A model generated the notes under the pieces. The model was not told the origin of the DNA. It saw only the letters and a list, made by a program, of their open reading frames with translations, and did not search any database. Shown in pieces: positions 1 through 8,990 of a stretch of 36,109 nucleotides of DNA. This DNA is from Thermoprotei archaeon. GTDB taxonomy: Archaea > Thermoproteota > Thermoprotei > Thermoproteales > B15-G16. Positions within the stretch are counted from its first letter, which is position 1, and each line of letters begins with the position of its first letter. The position numbers and the translations under genes were made by a program. The stretch is taken from the NCBI GenBank assembly GCA_003649205.1, contig QMRC01000016.1:1-36109 (forward strand). Reading direction: 5' to 3'.

Positions 1-305
1 CCCCCTCACTCTCCCACATCCTGTATTGCGTAAGTATACGGTTTAGTTTCGGGAGTAGTGGGGTGGGGACGGGTTCATCGGATACTGATGCTGCTAGTAC
101 ATCCATACAGTACTGATTGCTGATGTGCTCTACACAGCAAAAGTAAGCGATGTGGACCCTTGATTTACATCCCCAACCCCTCCCCCTGCCCGCTCCCTCT
201 CATCCCCTCATTGCATTACGCTCAGGATCGAGGTAGAGCGGGCGGTGCCCCTCATCGCTTACGCTCAGGGCTCACCCCACGAGGCTAAACCTCGTGGGGG
301 TCATC
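1..305 (-). ncRNA. Candidate structured ncRNA (left copy) with multiple kink-turn motifs; probably runs off the window edge
   Basis: Minus strand reads GAUGA-C-CCCCACGAGG-uuuag-CCUCGUGGGG-UGA, then GCCCU-GA-GC-GUAA-GC-GAU-GA-GGGGC, then GCCCGCUC..CCUC-GA-UCCU-GA-GC-GUAAU-GC-AAU-GA-GGGG-AU-GA-GAGG-GAGCGGGC (188-305). Further GC-rich stems at 60-71/168-180, 71-80/148-159 and 7-15/51-60. No ORF; homologous to 35977-36109 in inverted orientation. Confidence 0.65.
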
Positions 306-327
306 TACCATATGTACTCAGAGGTAT

Positions 328-335
328 AATTTAAG
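328..335 (-). promoter_or_regulatory. Putative TATA box (CTTAAATT on minus) for the left structured RNA
   Basis: Lies about 23-30 nt upstream of the start of the conserved structure (305), mirroring the spacing at the right end. Confidence 0.45.
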
Positions 336-387
336 AATTAGTTGTTACATGATTATGTATCGAGATATCTAATGTTGAGGTGAGTAC

Positions 388-2472
388 TTAGCTAAGACCT
401 CGTTTCTTAAGCTCCTCGATTAAGTACTCAACATCAAGACTTGATAGCTTGCCATATGCAACAAGTAGCTTGAGAATTGGTTTTGCAACAATACTACCGC
501 TCTTAGCCTTAATGCTGAAGAACTGCTTGTAATTCCTCATAATGAACTCAATGAGTTCATCTCTACTCATTGTAAGACAACGACGAACGAGATCTACCTT
601 AGACTCAGGAATACTAAACAACTTACACAACTTCTCAACATTGAGGATGCGATTAGTACTCAGAGAGGACTTACCTTCACCTAATTGAGGTAGAGAAGGT
701 AGAGGTGGTGTGATGTTGGAGGTGTGAGGTACATTCCTCTCCAGTACTGGAACTTCCCTCTCCTCAACAAGGGAAATCCTGTAGATATCGTACATACCAT
801 CAATTGCGTAAATAGCTTCACCAACACAAAGTCGAGCCAGTATAGCCTTAAGCTCATCTCTAATAGGATTTAGCTCATCATGAAAGCTCATCTTAGGTAG
901 AATATCGTAAACAACAGCTTCCCTATCATCATCACTATCAAGTCTAAATACAAGCTTTGTTGAATTAGCACGAACAACAGCATCAACTCTCGTATAGTGC
1001 TGAGAAGCAACTACAAAGAATAGATTGAAGTTCCTAGCAATTCTAAGAACTTGACCAAGAAAACTAGGAGCAACAGAGCGATACTCAAGTTCAGGAGCAA
1101 TTAGAGAAACCTCATCGATGATTATGTAGGTCTTTGTCCTGAAGAATTCATGATATTGAGGATAACGAATGAGGACAGATAGAAAAGCCATCATGAAAAC
1201 TGCCTTACTAAAATCGGATAACCTAGATAGGTCAAGAATGTACGTAGTACCAGGCTCAAAACTAACAACAGACTGCTTAGGTTCAAAGTAAGGTATTAGA
1301 AGTTCGAGTCTACGCTTAACAGCTTCACTAGCTTTCACAATATCATCGACATAGACCTGGAGGTTAAATAGCTTAGTAACATCCTCCTCCTCAAGAACCC
1401 TATACACTCCCCTTAATGTTGGATCCACCTTACGCTCAAGTAGAAGCTGATACACACGCCTAAAGACCTGCTGCTGAATCGCTGTCAATGTATCACGTTC
1501 AGGACATGTATACTGAATACCTGTATTTATTATCTCAACTGTTTGTGCAAAAGCCTCATATGGACTTAACAACCTTGTAAGCTCATACAGTGGATCAAAA
1601 CTAAAGTCATGGGGAACACGAACAATAGCTACTCTAGATAGGTCCATAGACTTAGCACGAAGCACCTTAGATACGATACTCCCAAGCACATCAAACACAA
1701 TAACTCTATACCCTAGCTCAGGAAGCTTGAGAGAGAGCAGAGTTAGGAAGTTCGTCTTACCAGTTCCAGTTGTACCAGAGACAAACATGTGTCGATCAAG
1801 AACAATAAAAGCAGGTTGCTGTGGATTGAGGTACCTACATCCAACCTCAAGTACGAGCTTAGATGAGGGAATGATGTGTAGAGTTCTTGCTAAGACCCTA
1901 GCTATGAACTTATCAACACGTTCACATGTTTCAGGAATAAATCCCTTCAACTTACGTAGAGAAAACTGCTTACCACCATCGTCGAATACGTATAGACCAA
2001 CTTTAACTGGATGAAGTTGCTCAACCTCTTCATCAAAATGTGTTACAGGAACAAGATCTCTATAAATGGAGAAAGGCCTCGTAACAAACTTCCTAAATCT
2101 CTTCCTGTACTTAACGAGCTCCTTAACAGAACAACGTTCAACAACAAAAACAAAGTGATTACCAGGTATATCAAGTGAACTAACATCAAAGGACTTAACA
2201 GGTCTAAACCTAGTATAGCTTAGTACTCGATCAACAGTACTGAGATCAACAACCTTAATCAATGAGTCATCAGTAGCTCTTCTAGCTAGTAGTACGTGCT
2301 TAATTGATGAATAAACAACATCACAGTACTTCTCACCAACAATAGCAACAATGAAGTTATGTCCATGGTCATGAACTAGGAGAAACTTCTCAATACCAAT
2401 CGTGTACATAATATCGTGTACAGACAAAGTACATGGGTACTTTACAACAGCAAATACAGCAACCCTACGCAC
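388..2472 (-). CDS. HerA/FtsK-superfamily ATPase (VirD4/TraG coupling-protein-like or CedB-like)
   Basis: RHMFVSGTTGTGKTN Walker A, VIVFD, YIIIDEV Walker B and ARNFNLFFVVASQ (R-finger/SQ motif) typical of HerA/VirB4/VirD4. Translationally coupled to the upstream ATPase. Confidence 0.8.
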   Translation of the reverse strand: MRRVAVFAVVKYPCTLSVHDIMYTIGIEKFLLVHDHGHNFIVAIVGEKYCDVVYSSIKHVLLARRATDDSLIKVVDLSTVDRVLSYTRFRPVKSFDVSSLDIPGNHFVFVVERCSVKELVKYRKRFRKFVTRPFSIYRDLVPVTHFDEEVEQLHPVKVGLYVFDDGGKQFSLRKLKGFIPETCERVDKFIARVLARTLHIIPSSKLVLEVGCRYLNPQQPAFIVLDRHMFVSGTTGTGKTNFLTLLSLKLPELGYRVIVFDVLGSIVSKVLRAKSMDLSRVAIVRVPHDFSFDPLYELTRLLSPYEAFAQTVEIINTGIQYTCPERDTLTAIQQQVFRRVYQLLLERKVDPTLRGVYRVLEEEDVTKLFNLQVYVDDIVKASEAVKRRLELLIPYFEPKQSVVSFEPGTTYILDLSRLSDFSKAVFMMAFLSVLIRYPQYHEFFRTKTYIIIDEVSLIAPELEYRSVAPSFLGQVLRIARNFNLFFVVASQHYTRVDAVVRANSTKLVFRLDSDDDREAVVYDILPKMSFHDELNPIRDELKAILARLCVGEAIYAIDGMYDIYRISLVEEREVPVLERNVPHTSNITPPLPSLPQLGEGKSSLSTNRILNVEKLCKLFSIPESKVDLVRRCLTMSRDELIEFIMRNYKQFFSIKAKSGSIVAKPILKLLVAYGKLSSLDVEYLIEELKKRGLS

Positions 2473-3551
2473 TAGGTAAGAACCTCCTCATGAACTTTAA
2501 CCCTAAATCTCACAGATCCAACACCTTGCCTAATGTATATGCCGTAACCACGGTCATGAGATAGTAGGAGCTCTTCATCCTCATCACTAAGCCTGAAGTA
2601 AGCCTTCAATGAATCTACATACTTACGAGGACCAGGGAGGAGAATAGCATTAGCAGTAAGTGAGTAAGTCTCTCTATCAAGTGAGTGAGGATCCTGTGAG
2701 ATTAACCAGAGACCAAAACCATGCTTCCTAACTGTTCGAAGAGCCCAAACTAGAAACTGAGAAGCACCTCTAGTAAGTCTATGAGCTTCATCAATGAAAA
2801 CAAACGTATGTGGTGTATCAGTTATGAACTTCATGTACTTAGCAAACAACTGAGCTAGAAATAGGTAGATGATGAACCTATGAACTTCTGTATCACCACC
2901 AACAGGTAGCTGAAGAAGAATATGCTTATTGAGAAGATCCAGGTCAATAATTTGCTTACCACGCATAAAGAACTCAAGCTCCTTCAACAAAACACGAAGC
3001 CCACCATATCTAGGACAATACGAGATAACATCATTAAATGACACAGCACCATTACGTTCAAAGACCTTAGAACAAACATCATAGAGAGTAAGAACATCTT
3101 CTCTACTCAAATTGAATAAGCTAGTACCGATCAAGAAGTTGTGTATAACCTCAAGCTCATCACTAGACCTAATGCAAAAGGGATCAAAAACAACCTTATC
3201 AAGCTCAATAATATCGAAGCCAAACCTACGACAGAACTCAATCCAGTGCCACTCACAATCAATAGCAATAATACGGAATCCAGATCTAATCAAATCAACA
3301 ACAATACTCTTAGCGAGAGTTGTCTTCCCCACACCTGTTGATCCTAAGATAACACCATGTGCATTAGGTGTAAAAGCAATACTAACATCCTTACCAAATA
3401 GATCTTTACCAATGATAACCGCTCCACTAACAGGAACAGAAACAACATAGGGAGAGAACATAGAGAAGTCATAACTAAGTGCTAAATGATAGTTAAACAA
3501 AAACTTGAGGAACTTTAGCAACAGCATACACGTCAACCCATAGCTCTGCAC
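2472..3551 (-). CDS. VirB4/HerA-like ATPase domain protein
   Basis: IIGKD..G..V....NAHGVILGSTGVGKT, IIAIDCE, VFIDEAH and RTVRKHGFGLWLISQ motifs. The true start may be downstream of 3551. Confidence 0.82.
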   Translation of the reverse strand: MQSYGLTCMLLLKFLKFLFNYHLALSYDFSMFSPYVVSVPVSGAVIIGKDLFGKDVSIAFTPNAHGVILGSTGVGKTTLAKSIVVDLIRSGFRIIAIDCEWHWIEFCRRFGFDIIELDKVVFDPFCIRSSDELEVIHNFLIGTSLFNLSREDVLTLYDVCSKVFERNGAVSFNDVISYCPRYGGLRVLLKELEFFMRGKQIIDLDLLNKHILLQLPVGGDTEVHRFIIYLFLAQLFAKYMKFITDTPHTFVFIDEAHRLTRGASQFLVWALRTVRKHGFGLWLISQDPHSLDRETYSLTANAILLPGPRKYVDSLKAYFRLSDEDEELLLSHDRGYGIYIRQGVGSVRFRVKVHEEVLT

Positions 3552-3557
3552 ATGAGA

Positions 3558-3920
3558 TTATGGCTTTGGCAGGAAGGGGAATATAGTTGTTAAGTAGCTG
3601 TAACCCTGCTTGAACACATACACTATAGTTGCTGCTACAGCTCTAATGAGAAACATCACATCCGCTCCAGCAAAATACGATGCAACAGCAAATGCTACAA
3701 CAAATGAAGCTGCTATCATGAGCGCTCTCCACAAGTACTCCATTATCCCGAATGGCGAAAATATTCTCCTTACAAGTCCAAGGAGTAGCAAGATACCCAC
3801 AGTAATCACTCCAAACCCAATACCAATAGCTCCTGCTTGCTTAAGCCACTCAGAAACCGGTGATAAAACCTGCTCCACCAGTGATTCCTGCATTAACGGC
3901 GTAATCACACAGATCACCAC
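3558..3920 (-). CDS. Small membrane protein, VirB2/CedA1/TedC-like conjugative pilin candidate
   Basis: 120 aa with 2-3 Gly/Ala-rich hydrophobic helices separated by a short RR loop, directly upstream of the VirB4-like ATPases. Confidence 0.5.
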   Translation of the reverse strand: MVICVITPLMQESLVEQVLSPVSEWLKQAGAIGIGFGVITVGILLLLGLVRRIFSPFGIMEYLWRALMIAASFVVAFAVASYFAGADVMFLIRAVAATIVYVFKQGYSYLTTIFPFLPKP

Positions 3921-4333
3921 AACTTATACAGATATCGTATCTAAAAAGTTTTCAGATATCACACAATTTAACACGATATATCTAGATACAATAATTAGAA
4001 AGCTTCAGACAAAAAGCACTAACGTGCCAACCTATGAGAAGATAGTGAAAGACCCTAGTAGAATCATCATTTAGTGGCCATTGAAGTTACATTGTGATTA
4101 ACTTAAAAGGAGAAAAACCATTATTGTCCTGGTAAGATATTGAAGACAAATAGATCGATAGTGCTCGATTAATGGGGAAGAGTGAGTTTAGCTACGTTCT
4201 AGCACTGTTACCACTTGAGCAATTCATGCATCAGAGAGGAGTTTGAAGCGAATAGATGTTTGATAGGTGTACCTCCTTGTTATTGCTACATGACTTTCTA
4301 TGTCTTAAATTTGCTAGAGATCTTCCAGATGCA

Positions 4334-5455
4334 TCAAGGCAATAGTAGTGGTAACACTTCAATAGGATTACATGGTCTATATGTAAATCCATGACTAAAG
4401 GCTGCTATGAGGCTATTCATGGTCTCTCGATCTTTGGTTAGGATTATAGATGATATGCGGAACATGACTTCGCGATTTCTTCTCATTCTATCGAGAGCTT
4501 CTGCAAGAGCAGAGGCTCTTCTAAACATACCGACTTTCCACAGAATGAATCCCCATTCCATCTTTCGTGTAACAGAAGCTTCAAGAACGGCAATTTCTTC
4601 CTGTGGAACTCGATCAATTCTAATGAGTACAATGAAGTTGCTGCTACTGGTAAAGATAGATCTAATTAACTTAGCATCATCGAGTAGCTCTCTTGCAGAA
4701 GGGAATCTAAACAGGTTCCTATTGAATACTAGGTTAGCACAGAACCAGTTAGTTCTGGATGCAGAACCAAAAACAAGGTGAGTGTAGGTACAGATCGCTA
4801 AAACGATACTGAGAGCTCCAAATAGTACGGCAAAGCCTGGGGTGGATAAGGAGGCTAAGTACATTAAAGCAATAGCTAGGGATATGGCAGTTAAGATCCT
4901 TAGAGTGCGAAGTCTTATTGGCTTAAATGCGTCACATAAGACTCTGTAGAGGTCAGTATCTTGAAGTGGAACGACATTAACACGAAGACGACAGTGTCTA
5001 AGTAGCCTAGAAATAGTTGAGAATAGTGAGGTAGGATCAGTATCAAAGTGACCGGAGATAAACCTAGTAATTGGAATTACGTAGCATTTCACGATATTAG
5101 AGCACTTCACAAAAGCGATGAGACATGACCTTGGTAAAGTGGTGGTAAACATCTTGAGGGTACTGAAGAACTCAATATCAGTAAAGTACTCAAGATCCTT
5201 AAGGGGAGTAACCTCAAAGACAATACCATGAAGATAGCAGTGTCTAGAGAGTCTATACATGAAGCTGAATCTCGAGAATACGAAGTTACTTGGAGAGAAG
5301 GGTATGGAGAAGAATAGCGTGTATATGGAGCGAAAGAGTTCAGGTAGTGAAAGCACGATAGCTATTAGAAAGAGGAATGCAGATAGTAATGGGAATGAAG
5401 CAAAAACAAATCCTAGGAATAGGGTGGTATAGGTAATAACCTTCCTTACGGACAT
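4334..5455 (-). CDS. Membrane protein, possible detached N-terminal half of VirB4
   Basis: N-terminal and central TM pairs. Segments FEVTPLKDLEYFTDIEFF and LDRMRRNREVMFRISSIIL resemble VirB4 N-terminal patterns. No Walker motifs. Confidence 0.4.
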   Translation of the reverse strand: MSVRKVITYTTLFLGFVFASFPLLSAFLFLIAIVLSLPELFRSIYTLFFSIPFSPSNFVFSRFSFMYRLSRHCYLHGIVFEVTPLKDLEYFTDIEFFSTLKMFTTTLPRSCLIAFVKCSNIVKCYVIPITRFISGHFDTDPTSLFSTISRLLRHCRLRVNVVPLQDTDLYRVLCDAFKPIRLRTLRILTAISLAIALMYLASLSTPGFAVLFGALSIVLAICTYTHLVFGSASRTNWFCANLVFNRNLFRFPSARELLDDAKLIRSIFTSSSNFIVLIRIDRVPQEEIAVLEASVTRKMEWGFILWKVGMFRRASALAEALDRMRRNREVMFRISSIILTKDRETMNSLIAAFSHGFTYRPCNPIEVLPLLLP

Positions 5456-6711
5456 TAAGTCACCTCATGGAGCTTGTTAATAGAGGTCTCAAGATCGTGT
5501 CTAAGAGCTACTAAGTTCTCCTCAATGTAGTCTAGCTCAGACTTAACCTCCTCACAATTACTAGCAAGCATCTTGAGATTCCTAACAATATCGAGAGCAC
5601 GATCAACCTTGGAACGAGCAGACTCAAGTAACATAAGCTTATCAATAGGTGAAGGTATGTCCTTAGCAGATTCAATAAATCTCTCAATCTCATCAACAAT
5701 ATTCTTCACAAATTCAAACTCGTGAGAGTACACGAGCTTGAAGAGGATACTCCTATCAATTTCAGCAATACGACCAGAGAGTAGCTCACGGAGAAAGTTC
5801 TCAAACTCATGAATAACATCTAGAAAGGTAGGGAGGTCACTAGGCTTAACACCAATAGTATTGAAGAAAGCTCTGTACTCAATTCTGAAGATCTTAGCAT
5901 CCTTTCTATTGAAATCAGGAATAACATTCCTGTATCGATAGAGGAGAGTATTGTAGTGGTATATAGAGGCTACAGCAAGTCTAATACCTTCATCAAGATC
6001 ATCTACAGACCTGACACTACATAGCTGAAAAATCGTCTCACAAACCCTCCTACCTAACTCCTGAATTTCATGCTCAAATCTCTGAGTATAGGAACGAAGA
6101 ACTGTTTCAAGAAGCTCAACTCTAGTCATCAAATCGACATTGCTACTAAGTACTTCTCCAGGAATACGAATACTTAGACTCCTCTTAATTTCACCAGCAA
6201 TTGTACGGAGATAGCGATTAAGTATCTGTACTGTATGGAGTTCATAGTTTGGTCTACAAAGTTTGATCCTACACTTCAGGTAATGTAGTGTAATCAACCT
6301 CTTAAGTAGTTCAGAGGGTATAATTGATGAGAGTATCTTTCCAAATACAGATATTGCTGGATCAGGTTCAAGTATGACATCACCACGAGAACCAATACCA
6401 ACAACACGAACAAGACCGCTCTGAAGTAAAGCAGCAATGGAAATCCATACCTCAGGGAAGAGACCAAGAACCTGTACGCTATGTGATAGAGAAAGTAGGT
6501 ACAGAGGACCAATGGCACAAGCAATAGGGTCACGAACCTTATCATGAATGAACTTTTCAACTTCATTAAGTGAAGTAAAGCTACTTACCTTAGGAGGAAT
6601 ATACCTGAAATCAAGCTCTAGAAAAACATCATTGTAAGATAGAACTCGTTGTACCCAGAGGATAGGGTACATAGCAGTACAAGCCAAAATGGACTCAACA
6701 TCGAGACTCAT
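5455..6711 (-). CDS. Hypothetical protein, alpha-helical/coiled-coil C-terminus
   Basis: 418-aa ORF with an upstream AGGTG RBS; its stop overlaps the next start codon. Confidence 0.75.
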   Translation of the reverse strand: MSLDVESILACTAMYPILWVQRVLSYNDVFLELDFRYIPPKVSSFTSLNEVEKFIHDKVRDPIACAIGPLYLLSLSHSVQVLGLFPEVWISIAALLQSGLVRVVGIGSRGDVILEPDPAISVFGKILSSIIPSELLKRLITLHYLKCRIKLCRPNYELHTVQILNRYLRTIAGEIKRSLSIRIPGEVLSSNVDLMTRVELLETVLRSYTQRFEHEIQELGRRVCETIFQLCSVRSVDDLDEGIRLAVASIYHYNTLLYRYRNVIPDFNRKDAKIFRIEYRAFFNTIGVKPSDLPTFLDVIHEFENFLRELLSGRIAEIDRSILFKLVYSHEFEFVKNIVDEIERFIESAKDIPSPIDKLMLLESARSKVDRALDIVRNLKMLASNCEEVKSELDYIEENLVALRHDLETSINKLHEVT

Positions 6712-6831
6712 GACGATACAACACCTATGATACAGTAATGTGTGAGAGATACTTAAAGGAATTCAATGATGTATCAGAAGGTACAAAGAGATATTAAGTG
6801 AAAATCACTAGTTCAGACTGAGGTACACAGT

Positions 6832-7830
6832 ATGAGAATAATTTACGTGGATGAGTTACCGGAGATTAATGACGGTACCTACTTAACTTATTCAGCAGAG
6901 ACTCAACCATACCTAAAGGTACCTCTAGGTATGGTCTTCATTTTAGCAAAAGCACTAGCAGCTGACAACGTCATTCAGTGGAATGAGCGTTCAATTATTC
7001 AGCAGATTGCGGCAAGAGCAGCAAAATATGGGATAGTAGAGATCACACCTAATGTACTTGAACTATTTGCACCGGAAACCACCATATACGAGAGAATGAA
7101 GCTAATAAGAGCAATATTCACAGACTACATGAACGATAAGTCAAATAAACTAAAGCTAGTACCAGGACTGGAAAACACCTCACTACTACAACTCCTACTC
7201 GTTAATTCTGAGAACGTAGCAGTAGAAGGTGGTGATGCAATAATTGAAGAAGTACTACTACCAATAGTGGCGGGTAAGTTCAGGAACATCTACGTACAGG
7301 TAAAGTCTCAGAACGTATTCAAGTACTATCTAGATCCGGAATTAGCAACTATACATTCTCGAAGATTACGAGTACCTCCTAAGTACCTACACCTAAATGC
7401 GAAGCCCTATGTTACAGATTCAACAAAGCTAAATCGTATCTTCCAAGGGATTCAGGAACTAGATTATGTCACAGAGATTACACACCTAGTGTATACGAGG
7501 ATTATTCATGAAAATCCAGAGCTAGGAGGTGTGCTTGAGAAAGAACATGTGAAGAAAGCTATTGAAATGGTTGTCCTGACATATATTGAGGAGAGCGAGA
7601 TTAGAACAGCACCACTATCAAGCTTCCTTACGTCATTAATGCAAGTACTCAACATCAATGAAGAGTTGAGATATAGTGTTGCAATGTACATTTTAGAAGC
7701 ATTGGAGGATACAGCTCTAATTAAGCGAATAGAGCATGCAGCAAACATATTCGTGCTGCCTTCCAGAAAGCTGCTGACAATAGTGAGAAGAGAAGCAATA
7801 GCAAGAGCAATGAAGGAGGTGAAGAAATGA
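6832..7830 (+). CDS. Hypothetical protein heading the radA operon; possible C-terminal winged helix
   Basis: 332 aa, GAGGT RBS, overlaps the radA start (ATGA). The C-terminal ILEALEDTALIKRIEHAANIFVLP resembles a wHTH recognition helix plus wing. Confidence 0.7.
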   Translation: MRIIYVDELPEINDGTYLTYSAETQPYLKVPLGMVFILAKALAADNVIQWNERSIIQQIAARAAKYGIVEITPNVLELFAPETTIYERMKLIRAIFTDYMNDKSNKLKLVPGLENTSLLQLLLVNSENVAVEGGDAIIEEVLLPIVAGKFRNIYVQVKSQNVFKYYLDPELATIHSRRLRVPPKYLHLNAKPYVTDSTKLNRIFQGIQELDYVTEITHLVYTRIIHENPELGGVLEKEHVKKAIEMVVLTYIEESEIRTAPLSSFLTSLMQVLNINEELRYSVAMYILEALEDTALIKRIEHAANIFVLPSRKLLTIVRREAIARAMKEVKK

Positions 7831-8990
7831 CAAAGAGGAAGAAAGATATGGAGGAACCCTTCACAATCAAGGAGGTAAAGGAAGATGAAATAATCATAGA
7901 GATTAAAGGCTATGGGGAATTCAAAGTACGGTCGGATCTAGAGAGACTATCAGGAATTGGTCCAGTAACGAAGAAGAAATTAATCAATCTAGGGATCTAC
8001 ACTGTAAGGCAGTTAGCACTCTTCAACGATACAGAGTTACTAGAACTTATAACGAGAAGCAATGTATGCATCTCAGAGGAGACAATACTAAAGGCATTAG
8101 ATCAAGCAACATCACAGTATAGTAATATCGTTCTAACAGCAAAAGAACTCAAGAGATATAGAGAGGTAAAGCACCGTATCTACGCTCATGACAAAATTAT
8201 TGACGATGTACTGCAATTTGCAACGGAGAGAACATACTGTTTTACAGGTGAGTACGGTTCAGGAAAAACAGAGCTATGTGTTCACATGGCTGTCTCAAGT
8301 CAGTTCAAGCCAAAGGATGGTAGTCAGAAGCTAGAGTTCACGGATACTAAGGTAATTTACTTAGATACTGAAGGTGCTTTAGGACCGAAGCACCTAGATA
8401 AGATGCAAGCTATAGCTGCTAGATTACTTGAAGTAACAGAGCTACCACAAGGAACATCAAAAGAAGAGATCTTGGATAAGGTGCTAAGCAACATTCTAGT
8501 GATTAAGTGTAGACAAGCATATGCATTCAAACAGAGTCTAAAAAGGTACATACCACCAATAATTGAAGCTGCAAATGTGAAGCTCATTATTGTGGATAGT
8601 ATAATAAGACTCTTCAGAGCACAGTACCCAGGTCGTCGTGAGCTCAGTACTAGACAACAGGAGTTAGGGTACTGTATTGACCTATTGGGTAGGATAGCAG
8701 CCACATATCAGACATGTGTCTTAATGACAAATCAGATCTATACAAGACCAGTCACAGCACCCTACAGTACGGTATCAGAGGGATCACAGAAAGACATGAC
8801 AGGTGGATCACCTGTAAAGCATTATGTGACTGAGCATTGGGTTATTGAAAAACCACACTCAAAGAATGAGGAACTTGAAGGTTATAGATACCTGATAGCA
8901 CTAGATGTACCTGGAGAAAGGAAGGGACTTGCGGTAAAGTTCAGGATAACAGACTCAGGTATTGTAGGTATCAGGGTTGAGAGGAAATGA
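7827..8990 (+). CDS. radA: RadA/Rad51-family recombinase
   Basis: N-terminal HhH (LERLSGIGPVTKKKL..LGIYTVRQLA), Walker A GEYGSGKT, YLDTEG, LIIVDS..LFRAQYPGR.ELSTRQQ.L, TNQ and GG motifs, and a C-terminal FRITDSGI. GGAGGTG RBS. Confidence 0.9.
   Translation: MTKRKKDMEEPFTIKEVKEDEIIIEIKGYGEFKVRSDLERLSGIGPVTKKKLINLGIYTVRQLALFNDTELLELITRSNVCISEETILKALDQATSQYSNIVLTAKELKRYREVKHRIYAHDKIIDDVLQFATERTYCFTGEYGSGKTELCVHMAVSSQFKPKDGSQKLEFTDTKVIYLDTEGALGPKHLDKMQAIAARLLEVTELPQGTSKEEILDKVLSNILVIKCRQAYAFKQSLKRYIPPIIEAANVKLIIVDSIIRLFRAQYPGRRELSTRQQELGYCIDLLGRIAATYQTCVLMTNQIYTRPVTAPYSTVSEGSQKDMTGGSPVKHYVTEHWVIEKPHSKNEELEGYRYLIALDVPGERKGLAVKFRITDSGIVGIRVERK

Noticed and set aside
45-130. Possible hammerhead ribozyme (CTGATG and CGATGA..GAAAC words)
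   Set aside because: No intact CUGANGA plus GAAA core with the three required stems on either strand.
188-305. Terminal structures as known RNAs (RNase P, SRP, tRNA, rRNA, C/D or H/ACA guides)
   Set aside because: No RNase P GAGGAAAGUCC core, SRP helix 8 motif, cloverleaf or rRNA signature. The CUGA/UGA boxes are locked in hairpins without 10-12-nt guide regions, and there is no pseudouridylation pocket with an ACA tail.
388-3551. HerA-NurA repair operon or viral packaging ATPase
   Set aside because: No nurA/mre11/rad50 or capsid-like genes; the membrane-protein context favours a transfer system.
1727-4781. Plus-strand ORFs 1727..2014, 3112..3450, 3141..3341, 3610..4074 and 4407..4781
   Set aside because: Antisense shadows of motif-bearing minus-strand genes, with no RBS or recognisable features.
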